Source of the DNA: the human T2T-CHM13v2.0 reference genome, Homo sapiens | Reading direction: 5' to 3' (one strand) | DNA length: 64,000 bases | Assembly: GCF_009914755.1 (NCBI RefSeq) | Contig: NC_060929.1 | Part shown: piece after piece, positions 1 to 17,690 of the stretch | Numbering within the stretch: position 1 is the stretch's first letter | Layout: every line of letters starts with the position of its first letter | The notes under the pieces: model-generated | What the model was told of the DNA's origin: nothing | Database searches by the model: none | What the model saw: only the letters and a program-made list of their open reading frames with translations | Program-made: the position numbers and the translations under genes

Positions 1-483
1 GGTCTGATGGATCTCAGAGGTAGAAGTAGGGCACTGACTGCCTGGGAAATGTCTGAATTGTGGAAGTGTAGGAAAGAGCTCACAGAGGGAAGGAATTTGC
101 CCAAGGTGTGGCAAGCCAGTGGCAGAGGTGGTGTTCACATCCTGAACTCCTGGCCCTCAGGAGGGCTGCTGTGATCAGATACTTGAGTTTAAGGGGCAGA
201 CAGGATGCGCTCTCCTGATTGAGATGCAAGCCCTTCTCTCAGGCCAAGCCCGGTGTGTGCCAGGTGGGAGATGAACGTAATGGTTTTGAGATCTGTTCCA
301 AAGTCAGACAGTCCAGGGTTCCAGTGGGGCTCTGTCCCTTCATATTGATCATGAGTGATTTTACCTCTTTAAGCCTTGTGTACTTTTCTGGAAAATGGAT
401 CTAAAGCTAATAGCCGTCTCAGGGAGTTGCTTAAAAATCCAGTGACATTAGGAAAGAGCTTTATCAACTGCTGAAGCCCCTAA

Positions 484-831
<348 letters not shown>

Positions 832-1629
832 TGAGCACTCTGCCATGAGCACCTCTGCCACTGGAGTTGGGGAGAGGGAGGACTATGGTGTGAAGTTGAA
901 GAGCAAGAACAGCCTGCTTCCCACAGGGGAGTCTTGCACTCCACTTTGTCTGTGACCAACTTTACCTCAGTTTCTCTGCCTAGTAAATGGGCCGCTGTCC
1001 TCGTCCCAGCCAGTCCTGCTGTGAGGGACTTGAGAAGTTTTGATTGCCTAATCCTCTGACTTCTCAGGACAAACCAGACCCTGAGCAGGCAAACACTACG
1101 TTAGCTAAAGGGAATCCAGTTCCCTTCCCCATCTGCTGGGAGTGGGCAGGGCTGCAGCCCCAAGGCCCTGGGTGTATCCCAAGGGCAAGACAGGGGGGCT
1201 GGAAAGCAATGGAAGTCAGAGCAGGAAGGAGGAAGAGTGAGGGTCACCCACCCAGCCCCAGGCCTGGGGCAGGACAAGGCGGGGGCATGCAGTAGATAAG
1301 CAGATCCCCTGCGTTAGCTGCTGGTAAATGGTAAAGAGGAAGTGGGGGACATAGGAATGGCAACTTGAAGCAGAGTGCTCTGGGCTGGCCTTGGGAGAAG
1401 GCGTCTCAGTAAAGACCAGAAGGAGGAAGCACTCTTAGGAAGGTCATTCCAGGCAGGGGCTCAGCAAGTGTCAAGGCCCTGAGGTAGAAGTAGGACTACG
1501 AATTGTGACAAATTGTTGTTCCCACCCCATCTACAGGGAACTTCTACGCCTCGGCTGTCTATTTTGCAGTGTCTGGGGGCTACACAGTGTTGGATGGGCA
1601 TCCACTTTGAGAAGGAACACAAATGTGAA

Positions 1630-1880
1630 TTTTTTTTTTGAGACAGAGTCTTGCTCTGTTGCCCAAGCTGGAGTGCAGTAGCGGCAATCATAGCTCACTG
1701 CAGCCTCACTCCTGAGTAGCTAGGAATACAGGCACACACCACCACACCCAGCTTGTGTGTGTGTGTGTGTGTGTGTATAGACAGGGTTTCACTGTGTTTC
1801 ACAAGCTGTGGACTCAAGCAGTCCTCCCACCTTGGCCTCCCAAAGTGCCGTGATTACAGATATGAGCCACCGCACCTGGC
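1630..1880 (-). mobile_element. AluJ-like element with internal deletion and (TG)n at 1754-1776
   Basis: Antisense Alu consensus motifs. Confidence 0.8.
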
Positions 1881-2714
1881 CATAAATGTGAACTTTTATG
1901 TAAAATCTGCTTTCTCCATGTTGGCTCAAAAATTTAAAAAGGAGCTAGCCAAGCAAGACCTGTGTGGAGCAGCCTGCACTTTCTGCATGAGAAGCTTCTT
2001 AGAAGATCAGAGCTGCTGTTTTCTAGGGTTGTTGGCCCAGGGCTGAACACCCAGGGCCTTCCAGGGAAGACAGGGCCTGCAGCCACCCTGCCAAAGCCCC
2101 AAGACAGTGCAGAGCCCCACCGAGGAGTTAGTGAAGAGGGGGCCAGGTGTGCAAACCTTGCCCCATGAGGCTGAGGGTGGGCTTCCAGGGGTCCTGCTGC
2201 TGTCCATGTGCAGAAAGTCCAGTGAGGGCCTCCCTCAGTCCCTTCCCCACTTTCAGACTGCCTCTTCATTCCTTCCCTTCCCTGGGCCTTTGCACACCCC
2301 CTCCCCACAGCCCAGTCTGATGATGCTCCCGATAAGCCAGTGCCTGTGCCTCCAGAGCTCTCTGGCCAGTGGGAGCCCAGCAGAGGACAGGCTCTAACTA
2401 CCCAGTGTGCTGGGGCACCAGGGGGAACCATGTTAAGGAAGTGGTGTCTCTTAGGGAGCCAGAGACAGAGGAGGCAGTGGCTAAGTGAAATGGAACAGGG
2501 GGCATGGAGGCTCCAGGAGTGAGAGTGTGTGAAGCTGATCGATTTTTGAGAAACCAGGAGGCCAGTGTGGCCAAAGTATCAGTCAAGGTGGGGAGTGGGG
2601 AGGGAAGCAGGGGAGGTCTTAGGAGCCTCATTAAGGCCTCTGGACTTTATCCTAAAGGCATCACCAGAGAGTTTTCACAAGCAGGAGAGCAAGCTGCCCT
2701 TTCTTTTTCACCAG

Positions 2715-2927
2715 GTAAAGGCCTCTGAAAAAATTCTCCAGGTCAGAGCTGCCTCAGCCCCTGCCAAGGGGACCCCTGGGAAAGGGGCTACCCCAGCACC
2801 CCCTGGGAAGGCAGGGGCTGTAGCCTCCCAGACCAAGGCAGGGAAGCCAGAGGAGGACTCAGAGAGCAGCAGCGAGGAGTCATCTGACAGTGAGGAGGAG
2901 ACGCCAGCTGCCAAGGCCCTGCTTCAG
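2715..2927 (+). CDS. TCOF1: TCOF1 repeat exon 7, 213 nt
   Basis: caccag|GTAAAG...CTTCAG|gtgagg; VKASEKILQ...[16 protein letters not shown]. Confidence 0.95.
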
Positions 2928-2938
2928 GTGAGGCCTGA

Positions 2939-4194
<1,256 letters not shown>

Positions 4195-4261
4195 TAGTTT
4201 CTTAATGTCTGCACACACCTACCCTGGGCTCCCTCTCCCGATCCTGTGTATCTCACTCCAG

Positions 4262-4450
4262 GAAAAGTCCTTGGGGAACATCCTCCAGGCCAAACCCACC
4301 TCCAGTCCTGCCAAGGGGCCCCCTCAGAAGGCAGGGCCTGTAGCCGTCCAGGTCAAGGCTGAAAAGCCCATGGACAACTCGGAGAGCAGCGAGGAGTCAT
4401 CGGACAGTGCGGACAGTGAGGAGGCACCAGCAGCCATGACTGCAGCTCAG
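4262..4450 (+). CDS. TCOF1: TCOF1 repeat exon 11, 189 nt
   Basis: ctccag|GAAAAG...GCTCAG|gtgagg; EKSLGNILQ...AAMTAAQ. Confidence 0.95.
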
Positions 4451-4622
4451 GTGAGGCCTGGGGAAGGAGGCTGCTACATGGCCTGATCTGCCACACCACA
4501 GTCAGCACCCCCGGGGAGCTGTGCTCCCTCAGGCAGAGCATGGGTTTTGGCTGGTGGGGCAGAACAGATGGGGGACTCTGAGTTCAGGAACCTTCTCCAG
4601 CCTTTCTTTGGTGTCCCCTCAG

Positions 4623-4871
4623 GCAAAACCAGCTCTGAAAATTCCTCAGACCAAGGCCTGCCCAAAGAAAACCAATACCACTGCATCTGCCAAGGTCGCC
4701 CCTGTGCGAGTGGGCACCCAAGCCCCCCGGAAAGCAGGAACTGCGACTTCTCCAGCAGGCTCATCCCCAGCTGTGGCTGGGGGCACCCAGAGACCAGCAG
4801 AGGATTCTTCAAGCAGTGAGGAATCAGATAGTGAGGAAGAGAAGACAGGTCTTGCAGTAACCGTGGGACAG
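4623..4871 (+). CDS. TCOF1: TCOF1 repeat exon 12, 249 nt
   Basis: cctcag|GCAAAA...GGACAG|gtgagg; AKPALKIPQ...LAVTVGQ. Confidence 0.95.
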
Positions 4872-4963
4872 GTGAGGCCTGTGTTTTCTGGGCGGGCCTC
4901 AGGGCCGCCCCTACGTGGTCCTTTGGACTCCTGGAGACACCTCTCTTCCCCTTGTCATCCCAG

Positions 4964-5161
4964 GCAAAGTCTGTGGGGAAAGGCCTCCAGGTGAAAGCAG
5001 CCTCAGTGCCTGTCAAGGGGTCCTTGGGGCAAGGGACTGCTCCAGTACTCCCTGGGAAGACGGGGCCTACAGTCACCCAGGTGAAAGCTGAAAAGCAGGA
5101 AGACTCTGAGAGCAGTGAGGAGGAATCAGACAGTGAGGAAGCAGCTGCATCTCCAGCACAG
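4964..5161 (+). CDS. TCOF1: TCOF1 repeat exon 13, 198 nt
   Basis: tcccag|GCAAAG...GCACAG|gtgagg; AKSVGKGLQ...AAASPAQ. Confidence 0.95.
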
Positions 5162-7298
5162 GTGAGGCCTAGAAGGAGCAGGCCCATCCCACCCACACCT
5201 GTTCCTGAGCCAGGGCTGAGGATGGGCTTGACTGGGGGCTAGTGTTGCCTGCAGGTGTGCAGAAGCCTCAGAGGTAGCCTCAACACAGCTTCCTTCCCTA
5301 TCTTTCACTCCATGTCTCCTCTGCCCATCAGAGCTCCAGGGTCTCTGTCTTGTTTGCCTTTTGAGGTCCTCCTGCTGATTGATTCCCTGTGGTTTTCACA
5401 AGCTCTGGAGTTCCCACCCTGCCAGGTGCTGCCCTTGTCTGGGGTTGCTGAGGCCCTGTTCCTCAGGGAAGTCCTGTCTCTGTGGAGCATGGACATGCTC
5501 CTGCAGTGTGGAGCGATGGGGTTGAGATAGAGGGTGTGAGCCTGGGCTGCGCAGCATGACAGGTGAGAGCATCTAGGCCTTTTACAGGAGGTGGCAGCAT
5601 CTGAGCCATGGGCTGAAAGAGTTGGCCAGGTGAAATGGGCAGGGAGAGTGTTCCAGGCAGAGGAAGCAGTCTGTGCGAGGCCAGGGAATGAGAGAGTGCC
5701 TGGCTTGGGTGCCTTGCCACAGGCGGCACATTGTGGTGGGATGGCTGGCAGTTGTTTAGAGCCAGACCGCCTGGGTTCAAGTTTCAGCTCCACAGCCTGG
5801 CAAGTGCTGTAAGCCCTCAGAGCCCTTACTCTCCTATAAACAGGAAATCAGCCCTCACAGGTTTGGGTGAGAATTTAGGTGAGATCTCACCTGCTACACC
5901 CAGCAAGGGAGCTGCACACAGCAAGTTGTCTCTGTCACCCTGACGATGGGCCAGGCTAATGTGGAACAGATCAGGAGTGAGGTCTCCAAGCCTGGAAGAG
6001 CTGAGAGAAGATGGCTCACTCCCTGCACTCACCCACCCACTGTTTATTATTTTTAATTGTCGCTCTGTTTTTTTCTGTAACCACTCAGAAATTAGTCATT
6101 TCTTTTTTCTCTGTACCAGAGCACACATTTCTACTGATTTTTTTTTGTCCTCCTCTCGTTGACTTGTGGGACCTCAGGGCTCTAGAATTCCTCCATTGAG
6201 GTTTTTAAGCTCTGCAGGGGCCCCTTCCAGAGCCGCCTCTACTCTTTCCCAAGCTGCAGGCACATTCCAGACCCAATGCCTTACAGAGTTTCATTATGCA
6301 GCTCACTTAAATATTTGTCTTCCCTTCTGAGCCTCCCACCTGTACCATGAGGTGGGTGTTTTATTTTTATTTTTTGAACCATGGGCTATTTTGAAGTAAG
6401 CCGTTTAATTTCCAAATATCTGGGATTACCCAGGTTTCTTTTTGTTGATTTCTAATTTAGTCACATTGTGGTTGGAGAACATATTTTGTATGATTTAAAT
6501 CCTTTTTTGTGTATTGAGACTTGTTAGGTCAAGTCAGTCTTGTGTCTTGTTTCTTGTGGAAAACATGGCTCCCCTCTGGAGGATTTACGTGCTCTACTGA
6601 TGAGCACCTCGGCCTGAGTCATACTTGGTCCACACTGTAGGGAATCTTCTTGAAGTCCTGATTCTTCACCTCATTTGACCTCATGTGTTTGAGGAATGCT
6701 GGGGGATGGGGTTGTTTTCTGACACTGACCAGATGCCATCCCTGAGTGAGGCAGGGGCCTTGAGATGCTGCCAGAGTCCTCATTCTGTTTCACATTAGGC
6801 TTGCTGTCACTCCTGTTAAGGATCTCACTCTGGGAATTTCCCTTTTTTTTTGTTCTCCTTCTATTTGTTGGAATCCCTGACAGGCCTTTTGGGGGTTCTC
6901 TGGATATCGGTTAAGGCTAGATTAAGCTGAAGAAAACCTTAAACAACAAGTATCTTGTTCTGCCGTGGCTGCTTGAGCTCCAGCTCTGACCTCAGCATTC
7001 CATCTAGCCTGGAGGAGGAAGAGACATGTTTCTGACCTTTTATGGCACTCAACTTACATCCTATGAGCCAGAATTTAATGACATTGCCACCTAGCTGAAA
7101 GGGAGCCTGGAAAACATCTGTTTTAGGTAGTCTTGTGCTTAGCTAATGCTAAGGAAGGCACGCACAATGAGTTTGAGTGTTTATTATGTTCCAGACATCA
7201 TGTTAAACTCTGAATCTCCTATTTAGTCTTCATCATAACCCGTAGGTGGGCCTTATTATTATCTCCATTTGATAGAGGACTGAACTGAGGCCCAGTGA

Positions 7299-7625
<327 letters not shown>

Positions 7626-7769
7626 TAGAGAGGAGGACCAGTCACTGAGCCCAGCCAGGAGAAGGTGCGTGCATGGGCAGGCCACCCACCCAGAGTTGTG
7701 CCATAGTGGGGAGTGGGACCTGAAAGGAATCACTTTTGCCTCCAATACTATTATCCCCCTGCAATTCAG

Positions 7770-10713
<2,944 letters not shown>

Positions 10714-11606
10714 AAGAGATTAGGGGGTAGACTTAAGGCTACTCAGACCTCAGGCTGGACGTTCTACCGCCTTAGCCATAGACAAGAGGCCGGTAGTTCC
10801 CATGACTGGCTGGGAGGAGGGCCCACCCTCCCTGAAGCATGTGGTAGGGGCCACTGAACAGAGTGAGGGTTCTATTAGCAAGGAACAGATGGGGGCATGG
10901 CTGTTTAGGAGGCAGCCTGCAGTGTGCATTGTAGTTGCCCCATTTAAAAATTGGAAATGACATGTACAAATCTTCCAGCTTCTCTTGATAAATTGGAAGC
11001 TCAGGCAGCCTGGGTCCTACTTTTTTGGCTAGGCTGAGTAGGGAAAAGGGGGGCCCCCATTCCAATAGGGACCACTGAGCTGCCATCACCACCAGCATTT
11101 CCACCCAGATCTCTGAGTCCTCCTCTGACTGCAGTGCTTGCTCATCCTTCCAGCCCCCATCATCACACCTGCCCCAACAGGAGGGGATGGTAGCCAGTGG
11201 AACACTTCTAGGTGGCTCCTGCTTTTGGCTGGGGGTGTTACAACCGGAGGTGAGCTGTGCTGGGACCACTGGCTTGTGCCTGCAACCTTGTCCCAGGCTG
11301 CTGTCACCTCTTGTCGAGACATTGGGCCAACAGCCCTGCAGCCCTCAGGTTTTAGCTGCATCGGAGTCATAAATCCCTTTCATGTTCGGAGTCAGCTCTG
11401 GAAGGAGCTAGCAGGGTGGAAGCATGTTTCCAGTGGCTGTGGGGCAGGTCAGGCCAGCAGGTATCCCTGTGCATGTGCAGGAAGGGGCCACGCTGCCTCC
11501 CCTGGAAACCAGAGTGCCTGAGGGTCATTGCCTACTGGCTGTTTCCCCCTCAGCAAATGCCCCACTCCCCGACCACGTGCTTATCCAGGTCTTGTCCCCT
11601 CAGAAG

Positions 11607-11714
11607 GACAGTAACTCCAAACCTGCCAGAAGCAAGACCCTGGCCCCAGCACCCCCAGAGAGGAACACGGAGGGGTCCTCGGAGAGCAGTGAGGAAGAGC
11701 TGCCACTGACCCAG
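11607..11714 (+). CDS. TCOF1: TCOF1 alternative exon 16A (108 nt; in-frame upstream starts at 11604 and 11589)
   Basis: cctcagaag|GACAGT...ACCCAG|gtgcgc; DSNSKPARSKTLAPAPPERNTEGSSESSEEELPLTQ carries the treacle acidic motif; phase 0-0. Confidence 0.8.
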
Positions 11715-12279
11715 GTGCGCCATGCCTTCTCTCTGCAGATGCTGCAGGATCAGAGCTGGGCTGGCAGGCCTTGCAGGAGAGGGCAGATCTTGCCCATAGG
11801 GAAAATCTCGCCATATTTAAACAGCACCTCACAGCTTCCAGAGCTCTTTCCTCTATTGTGACATTCATCTGAGCCCTGTGAGGCAGGCAGCAGTACACAG
11901 TTAAACATACAGGCTTCAGAGCCAGGTGGTGTTGGGGCGAAGCCCAGCTCTTCCACCCAACAGCCCCATGGTCCTGGGCAGATGCCTTTTCCCCTGTGTG
12001 AGGCTCAATGTTTCAGCCATAAAATGGGGACAGTACTGGCACCTCTCTCCTGCCTCTGTGCACTGGTGCCAGCACACAAGGTACTTGCCACAGTCCCCTG
12101 CCTAAGAAAGGGTGCCTGTTAACTGTGAGAAGGGCAGGGAGTGTTGCCCCATTTGACAGATTGGGAATCAAGCCTTAGAGTTGAAGCAGTTTCCCCAAAT
12201 TCTCATGATTCATAAGAGGCTGAGGAAAGGTCCAAACGCTGGTCCCCTGGCTCCCTGTATCTCTCTGTTTTCTGTTTAG

Positions 12280-12297
12280 GACCAGGAGTCTTCTTGA
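12280..12297 (+). CDS. TCOF1: TCOF1 alternative terminal exon, coding part DQESS* (short isoform, ~958 aa); 3'UTR to ~13175
   Basis: Strong acceptor ctctctgttttctgtttag|GACCAGGAGTCTTCTTGA; ATTAAA at 13152-13157; matches my recollection of a short TCOF1 isoform. Confidence 0.7.
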   Translation, partial: DQESS

Positions 12298-15200
12298 ATC
12301 CCATGAGCTCTGCCCAGGACCCTCTCTCAAGCACCTGTGGCATACCTTCATGTGCTCCACTGCACCCAGAGCTTAAGCCACAGTCCTGCTCAGGCTACAC
12401 CTCCAAGGGTGGGACCAGGCCCACCTTATCTTCCTGTACTCCAGAGGCCCAAGTCAGCCATGCTGGTGTGGTCCAAGCTTCTGTGTGAACCCTGGCCCTT
12501 CCATCAGACAGCATTACCCTTTGTCCTCCTCTAGCCCCAAGCTCCCAGAAGCTTCTGCCAGGCACCTCAGAGCACCAGCTCCCCTGTCCCAGGGCCTAAC
12601 CACAGATCCTGGAGTTCTGCAACCTCCAGACCAGAGCGGTCTCATGAACCACCTCCCCTTGAATATCACATACCACATTGTTATCAATTCATCAGTAAGG
12701 TCAGATGCTGTTTGCACACCTCCAGCAATAGGGTGCTCACTGCCTCTCACTTTCCAATGGCACAGATTACAAAAGTAAAGAACAACCACCACCAACATCG
12801 GTAACTCCCTGTATTCTCATTTTTCTGTTTAATCTCCACAACAGCCCTATGAGGGTGGCTCCCTTTGTTGTTTGCATTTTAAGGAACTGGGAGTGAGGCT
12901 CAGAGAAGTTGAGGGACCTGTCCCAGCATCACATGGCTGATGACAAGTGGACAGACCTGGTGTTTGAGCACAGGCCATTCACATTCTGACCCGTTGCCTG
13001 GTGCTGCCCCGACACTCTCCTCTCCTGGGCTTGGGCATTGCCCTCTGGCTCTGTGTGGAGCCTTTACGAGGCCACCTGCCTCTCTGAGGGATCTAAACAA
13101 CTGGGAGGGAGGGGACCGCTCCCCCTTTCTCTGTGGGGGTGGACTAACACAATTAAAATGAACATCCTGCTTAAACTGAACCATTTAATTGGTATGTTAG
13201 TCCTGAAGATTCTGGAGTCTATTTAAAAAGCAGAAAAGAAGTCAGCGGTTTGTACATTCCCCCAGGAGGATTCGGGGAAGACGGGCATAGCCCGGGGAAG
13301 CTGCAGCCTCTTCCTGATTGAGAGATTTTTAGTTCCTAATCCCCAGCTCACTAATTATGATTATTTTCATTATTGTACATTTATTGAGCACCTCTCTATT
13401 GACAAGTTTCAGTCTGATTTTATTAGCCCATCAGTGGGGAAAGGGATTGAGGCCAGGGTGGTGGGCAGAGTCCCAGGCTGGGAGGCAGGGATAGATACCT
13501 TGGCTCCATTCCTAGACCCCTCACTGTGCCTCCGCCCTGTTGTGCAGAGTAGACCTCAGGCCAGAGTCTGTGCTGGGGTCAGGACAGCTTCCAGATTTAA
13601 AAACAAGTAGGTGATACATATGTTAAATAACTTAATTTAGCTATTCCACAATGTATATGTGTATCAAAACATCATGTTATATACCACAAATATATGCAGT
13701 TTCACTTGTCGGTAATATTTTTTAAGGCCAACTTCTTCTATTAGTTTGTCAAAGACGTAGGCCCTGCTCTCAAAGTTTTAGGTTGAATCAAAGAAAAAGG
13801 AAACCTGTAAGAAACTAAATTCTGGTGTTACATTGAGGCCTAGCATAATTGGTTCTAGAAGGAGCTCCAGTCTGGTGCCTGGAGAACTAACTTCTAATCC
13901 TGGCTCTGGCACCAGTTTGCTGGTTGCCCTGGGTGAGGCCACTTGCCTTCTCTGAGCCTCATTCATCTCAATCTCTGGGATGAGACTTCCTGGGTTGGTG
14001 GGGTGGACCTTGAGGCTCCAGGCCACATCCCCAGAGAGTAGAATTTCTCAGTCCCCTGGAGTGGGGCTGGCCTAGATCTGTTAAGCAGCCTCAGGCAATT
14101 CTGAGAGAGGTTCTTGGAGTGTTTGTTGCCTTTGTGGTCATGTCCCTTGCCAGGGTCCGCAGCCTAGGCCATCAGCCCCCTCTCCCCACTCTGTGACTTG
14201 CTGGAATGAAGGCACAGTTAGAATGAGCTCAGCTTTGACAGGATGGGGTGAGCACTGTCCAGAAAGCCCCTAGGTTTGGTTCTGCAGGCATCAGACCTAC
14301 AGGTAGGAGGGGTATCCCAGGGTTCCCTCTGGGTCCTTACTGCCCAGCACCTATAGGGAGGTACAACCAAATGTTCAGGCCAGTGCTGGTTTTGCTGCTT
14401 CACTCCCATCAGTTTTTTTTCTAACTGACCCCAGAACTACATTCCTGTGTATACTGTGCTTTCCAGTTTCCACAGTGCATTGGAACCCCTCCAGTGAATG
14501 AGCCCAGGCTGGGATAACTACTAGCCGTTTCATTAAACGGGAAACTGAGGATCAGAAAGTTGAGGGGCTTGACCACACAGTGAAGTCATGAGAGAGGCGT
14601 AATGAGAAGCAGGTCTTCTCCTATACCCTGGGCAAGCTTCACTGCCCACCTTTATGAACTCTACAGGCTAATGCCCCGCCCCAACCCCCCACAGCCAAGC
14701 CCCCTGCACCACCTCCCTCCTACGGCCCAGAGGCCCAGTGGGGTGGCGTGGGCAGGTGGAACTAACAGGAGGCTTTTGCTGCTGAGCTGCTTTTAACATC
14801 CCAAGACGCTATTGTTTGCCTCAGTGGGTTCGTTGCTTCTCTTCGTCCCCGACAATCTGTTCCTGTCTTCACATATATATAGATCCCCCCTCCCTCAACT
14901 GTAAGCCTTCTCCCACTTTCCATCCTTCTCTTTTTTATATCGTGGGAAGGAAGGCTCTGGAAGTGGCAGATCGGAGCAGCCGCGGGGGAGGCTATTTGGC
15001 AGGGGTAGGAAAGGCCTAAGCCCAGAGAAGCTTCCACCCTCAGGCAGGCACCTTTCTGTTTTACTTTTTACTTTATGCCTCTCCACAGCACCTTAGCACC
15101 CTGAGGAGCCAGGTGTGCTAAGTCAGGCTCAGGGGGTAAACAGGATGGTGAAACAGAGACCAGTCTGGACCTGATTCCACTCCTCTCTTAGCCTCAGGCA

Positions 15201-16338
15201 GCTCCCTCTTCCTGCCCTCCAGCTCTTCACTGGCCAGAGAGGGAGCAGAGCTCAAACCAGATCTGACATTTGGGGAATGGAAAGTAGACCTGACCAGCTC
15301 CCTGGCTCACAACCATGTGTGTTCTCGTTAGCTGGAGGTTCAGGAAGGAAATGGGCCTGGAGATGCCCTCGTGTGCGGTGAACATGTTCAGGGATGGTGC
15401 AGTTCAAAACCAGACTGGCCTGCAGAATACCAGGGAGCTGCTGTTGCTTGTTTGCTTTTTCTTTTATTGTTTCCTTGGAAAATTTAAAGCATACCCAAAG
15501 ATAGATAATGTAAAGAACCCCCACGTACCATCCCCAGCCTCAACAGTTAGGAACTCCTGAGCAGGCTCGTTTCACGCAAACCCTCCACTCAGTTCCCCAA
15601 CGCCCCTGGATTACTTTGCAGCCAGTCTCAGACATGTCAGCTCATCCACCAGGATTTCAGTATGCAGCTCTCAGTTATAAGGACCTTTTTAAGCACAACT
15701 ACGATACAGTGTCACACCTAATAAGTTGATCTACCCAGTCAGTGTCCCTATTTCCCTGATTGTCTCATGGAGTTCAGTTAAAGGCCACGTACGGCATTGA
15801 GTTATTAATCCTCTAAGTCTTAATCTGTTGGTTCTCACCCACTCACCCAACCCTTGTTTCTCTTGTGCATTTTTTTGTTGAAGAAACTGAATTGGTATAG
15901 CTGGGGAGTTTCATCCTGGGCCATGTATCAGGAGGGCTGCATCAGAACCTCTGGGGTTGGGGCAACTAGACTGTAAATACCTCCCCAGGTGAATTGCATA
16001 TTCCAACCAGGCAGCCTTGGAAAACTGCTTAGACCACTCCCTGCATTCAGCAAGTAACTGTTTCTGAAGCCAGCCGGGGAAAGAAGGCAGAATTGGACAT
16101 TCTGGCCGTGGCTTTGCTTCCAGTAGGGACAGCAGCCTTGGGTCGCTCCCTTTCCCTCTGGGCTTGTGGTTTTCCCACTTTGTATAAGGGAGCTGATCCT
16201 GCTGAATGTAGGGCTTCACTGTGAGGGTCAGGTGGGCTCTGGGAGTTGTGAAGTGCTGTGCTGGGTCTTAGCAGATGTGTGGGGTGGGAGGGGGCACCCT
16301 GGGCAGCTGGAATGGCTTCTGTGCCCAGCTGCCCCTGA

Positions 16339-16683
<345 letters not shown>

Positions 16684-17196
16684 TGAGGCCCAGAAGGGAC
16701 AGGACACTGGCTGAGTCACATAGCAAGGTGTTGGTCGGGAGGGGCTTGGGGTCAGGTCTCTGGGCCCTGCATTAGCCATTCTGATTAGGGCCTGGCTCAG
16801 ACCTGCAGTTCTGGGGGAATAGTTGCCAGAGCTTTTTTGTGGCAGCCCCAGTCATGGAGCCCAGACCAGTGGCTAGAAGCTGCAGGGACCAGGTTCCTAC
16901 ATAGTCTAAGAAAGAATTCTGTATCAGTTGACTGCCTGTGGAACAAGTGGTCAGGGTGGTAGTGAGCTTCCCGTCCTTGGTGGCATGTAAAGTAGGTTAG
17001 GCAATCCCTAAGCCAGAGACATCACAGGGATAGATTTCATCTATCAGAGAGACAGGACCAATCTGAGGTTTCTTTGACTTCTGAGAATCTGTGATTCTAC
17101 CAATGACAACAGGAAAAGGGTTAATGTTACTATTACAGTTATTGTAACAGTTTTACAAGCAATAATACCTGATCCTGATAGGACAATTTAAAAATG

Positions 17197-17690
17197 CAGA
17201 CGGGTGCAGTGGCTCACGCCTATAATCCTAGCTCTTTGGGAGGCTGAGGCAGGCAGATCACCTGAGATCAGGAGTTCAAGACCAGCCTGGGTAACATGGC
17301 GAAACCCCGTCTCTACTAAAAATACAAAAAATTAGCCTGGCGGGCGCCTGTAATCCCAGGTACTTGAGAGGGTAAGCCACGAGAATCGCTTGAACCCAGG
17401 AGGCAGAAGTTGCAGTGATCTGAGATGTGCCACAGCACTCCAGCCTGGGCGACAGTGAGACTGTCTCAAAAAAACAGAAAGCAGGCAAAATAGAGATTAC
17501 TGCTGGGCATGGTGGTTCGCACCTGTAATCCCAGCACTTTAGAAGGCCAAGGTAGGAAGATCGCTTGAGCCCAGGAGTTCAAGACCAGCCTGGGCAACAT
17601 AGTGAGAGCCCTATCTCTACCTATCTACCTACCTACATACATATGTACATATACATATACTTATACATATATGTGTGTATGTGTGTGTAT
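17197..17690 (+). mobile_element. AluS plus monomeric Alu ending in a (TAYA/TG) microsatellite
   Basis: Alu consensus motifs. Confidence 0.8.

Noticed and set aside
243-263. ctctcag|GCCAAGCCCGGTGTGTGCCAG|gtggga, a 21-nt AKPGVCQ microexon-like string
   Set aside because: Short pyrimidine tract, an AG just upstream and a weak donor; plausible by chance
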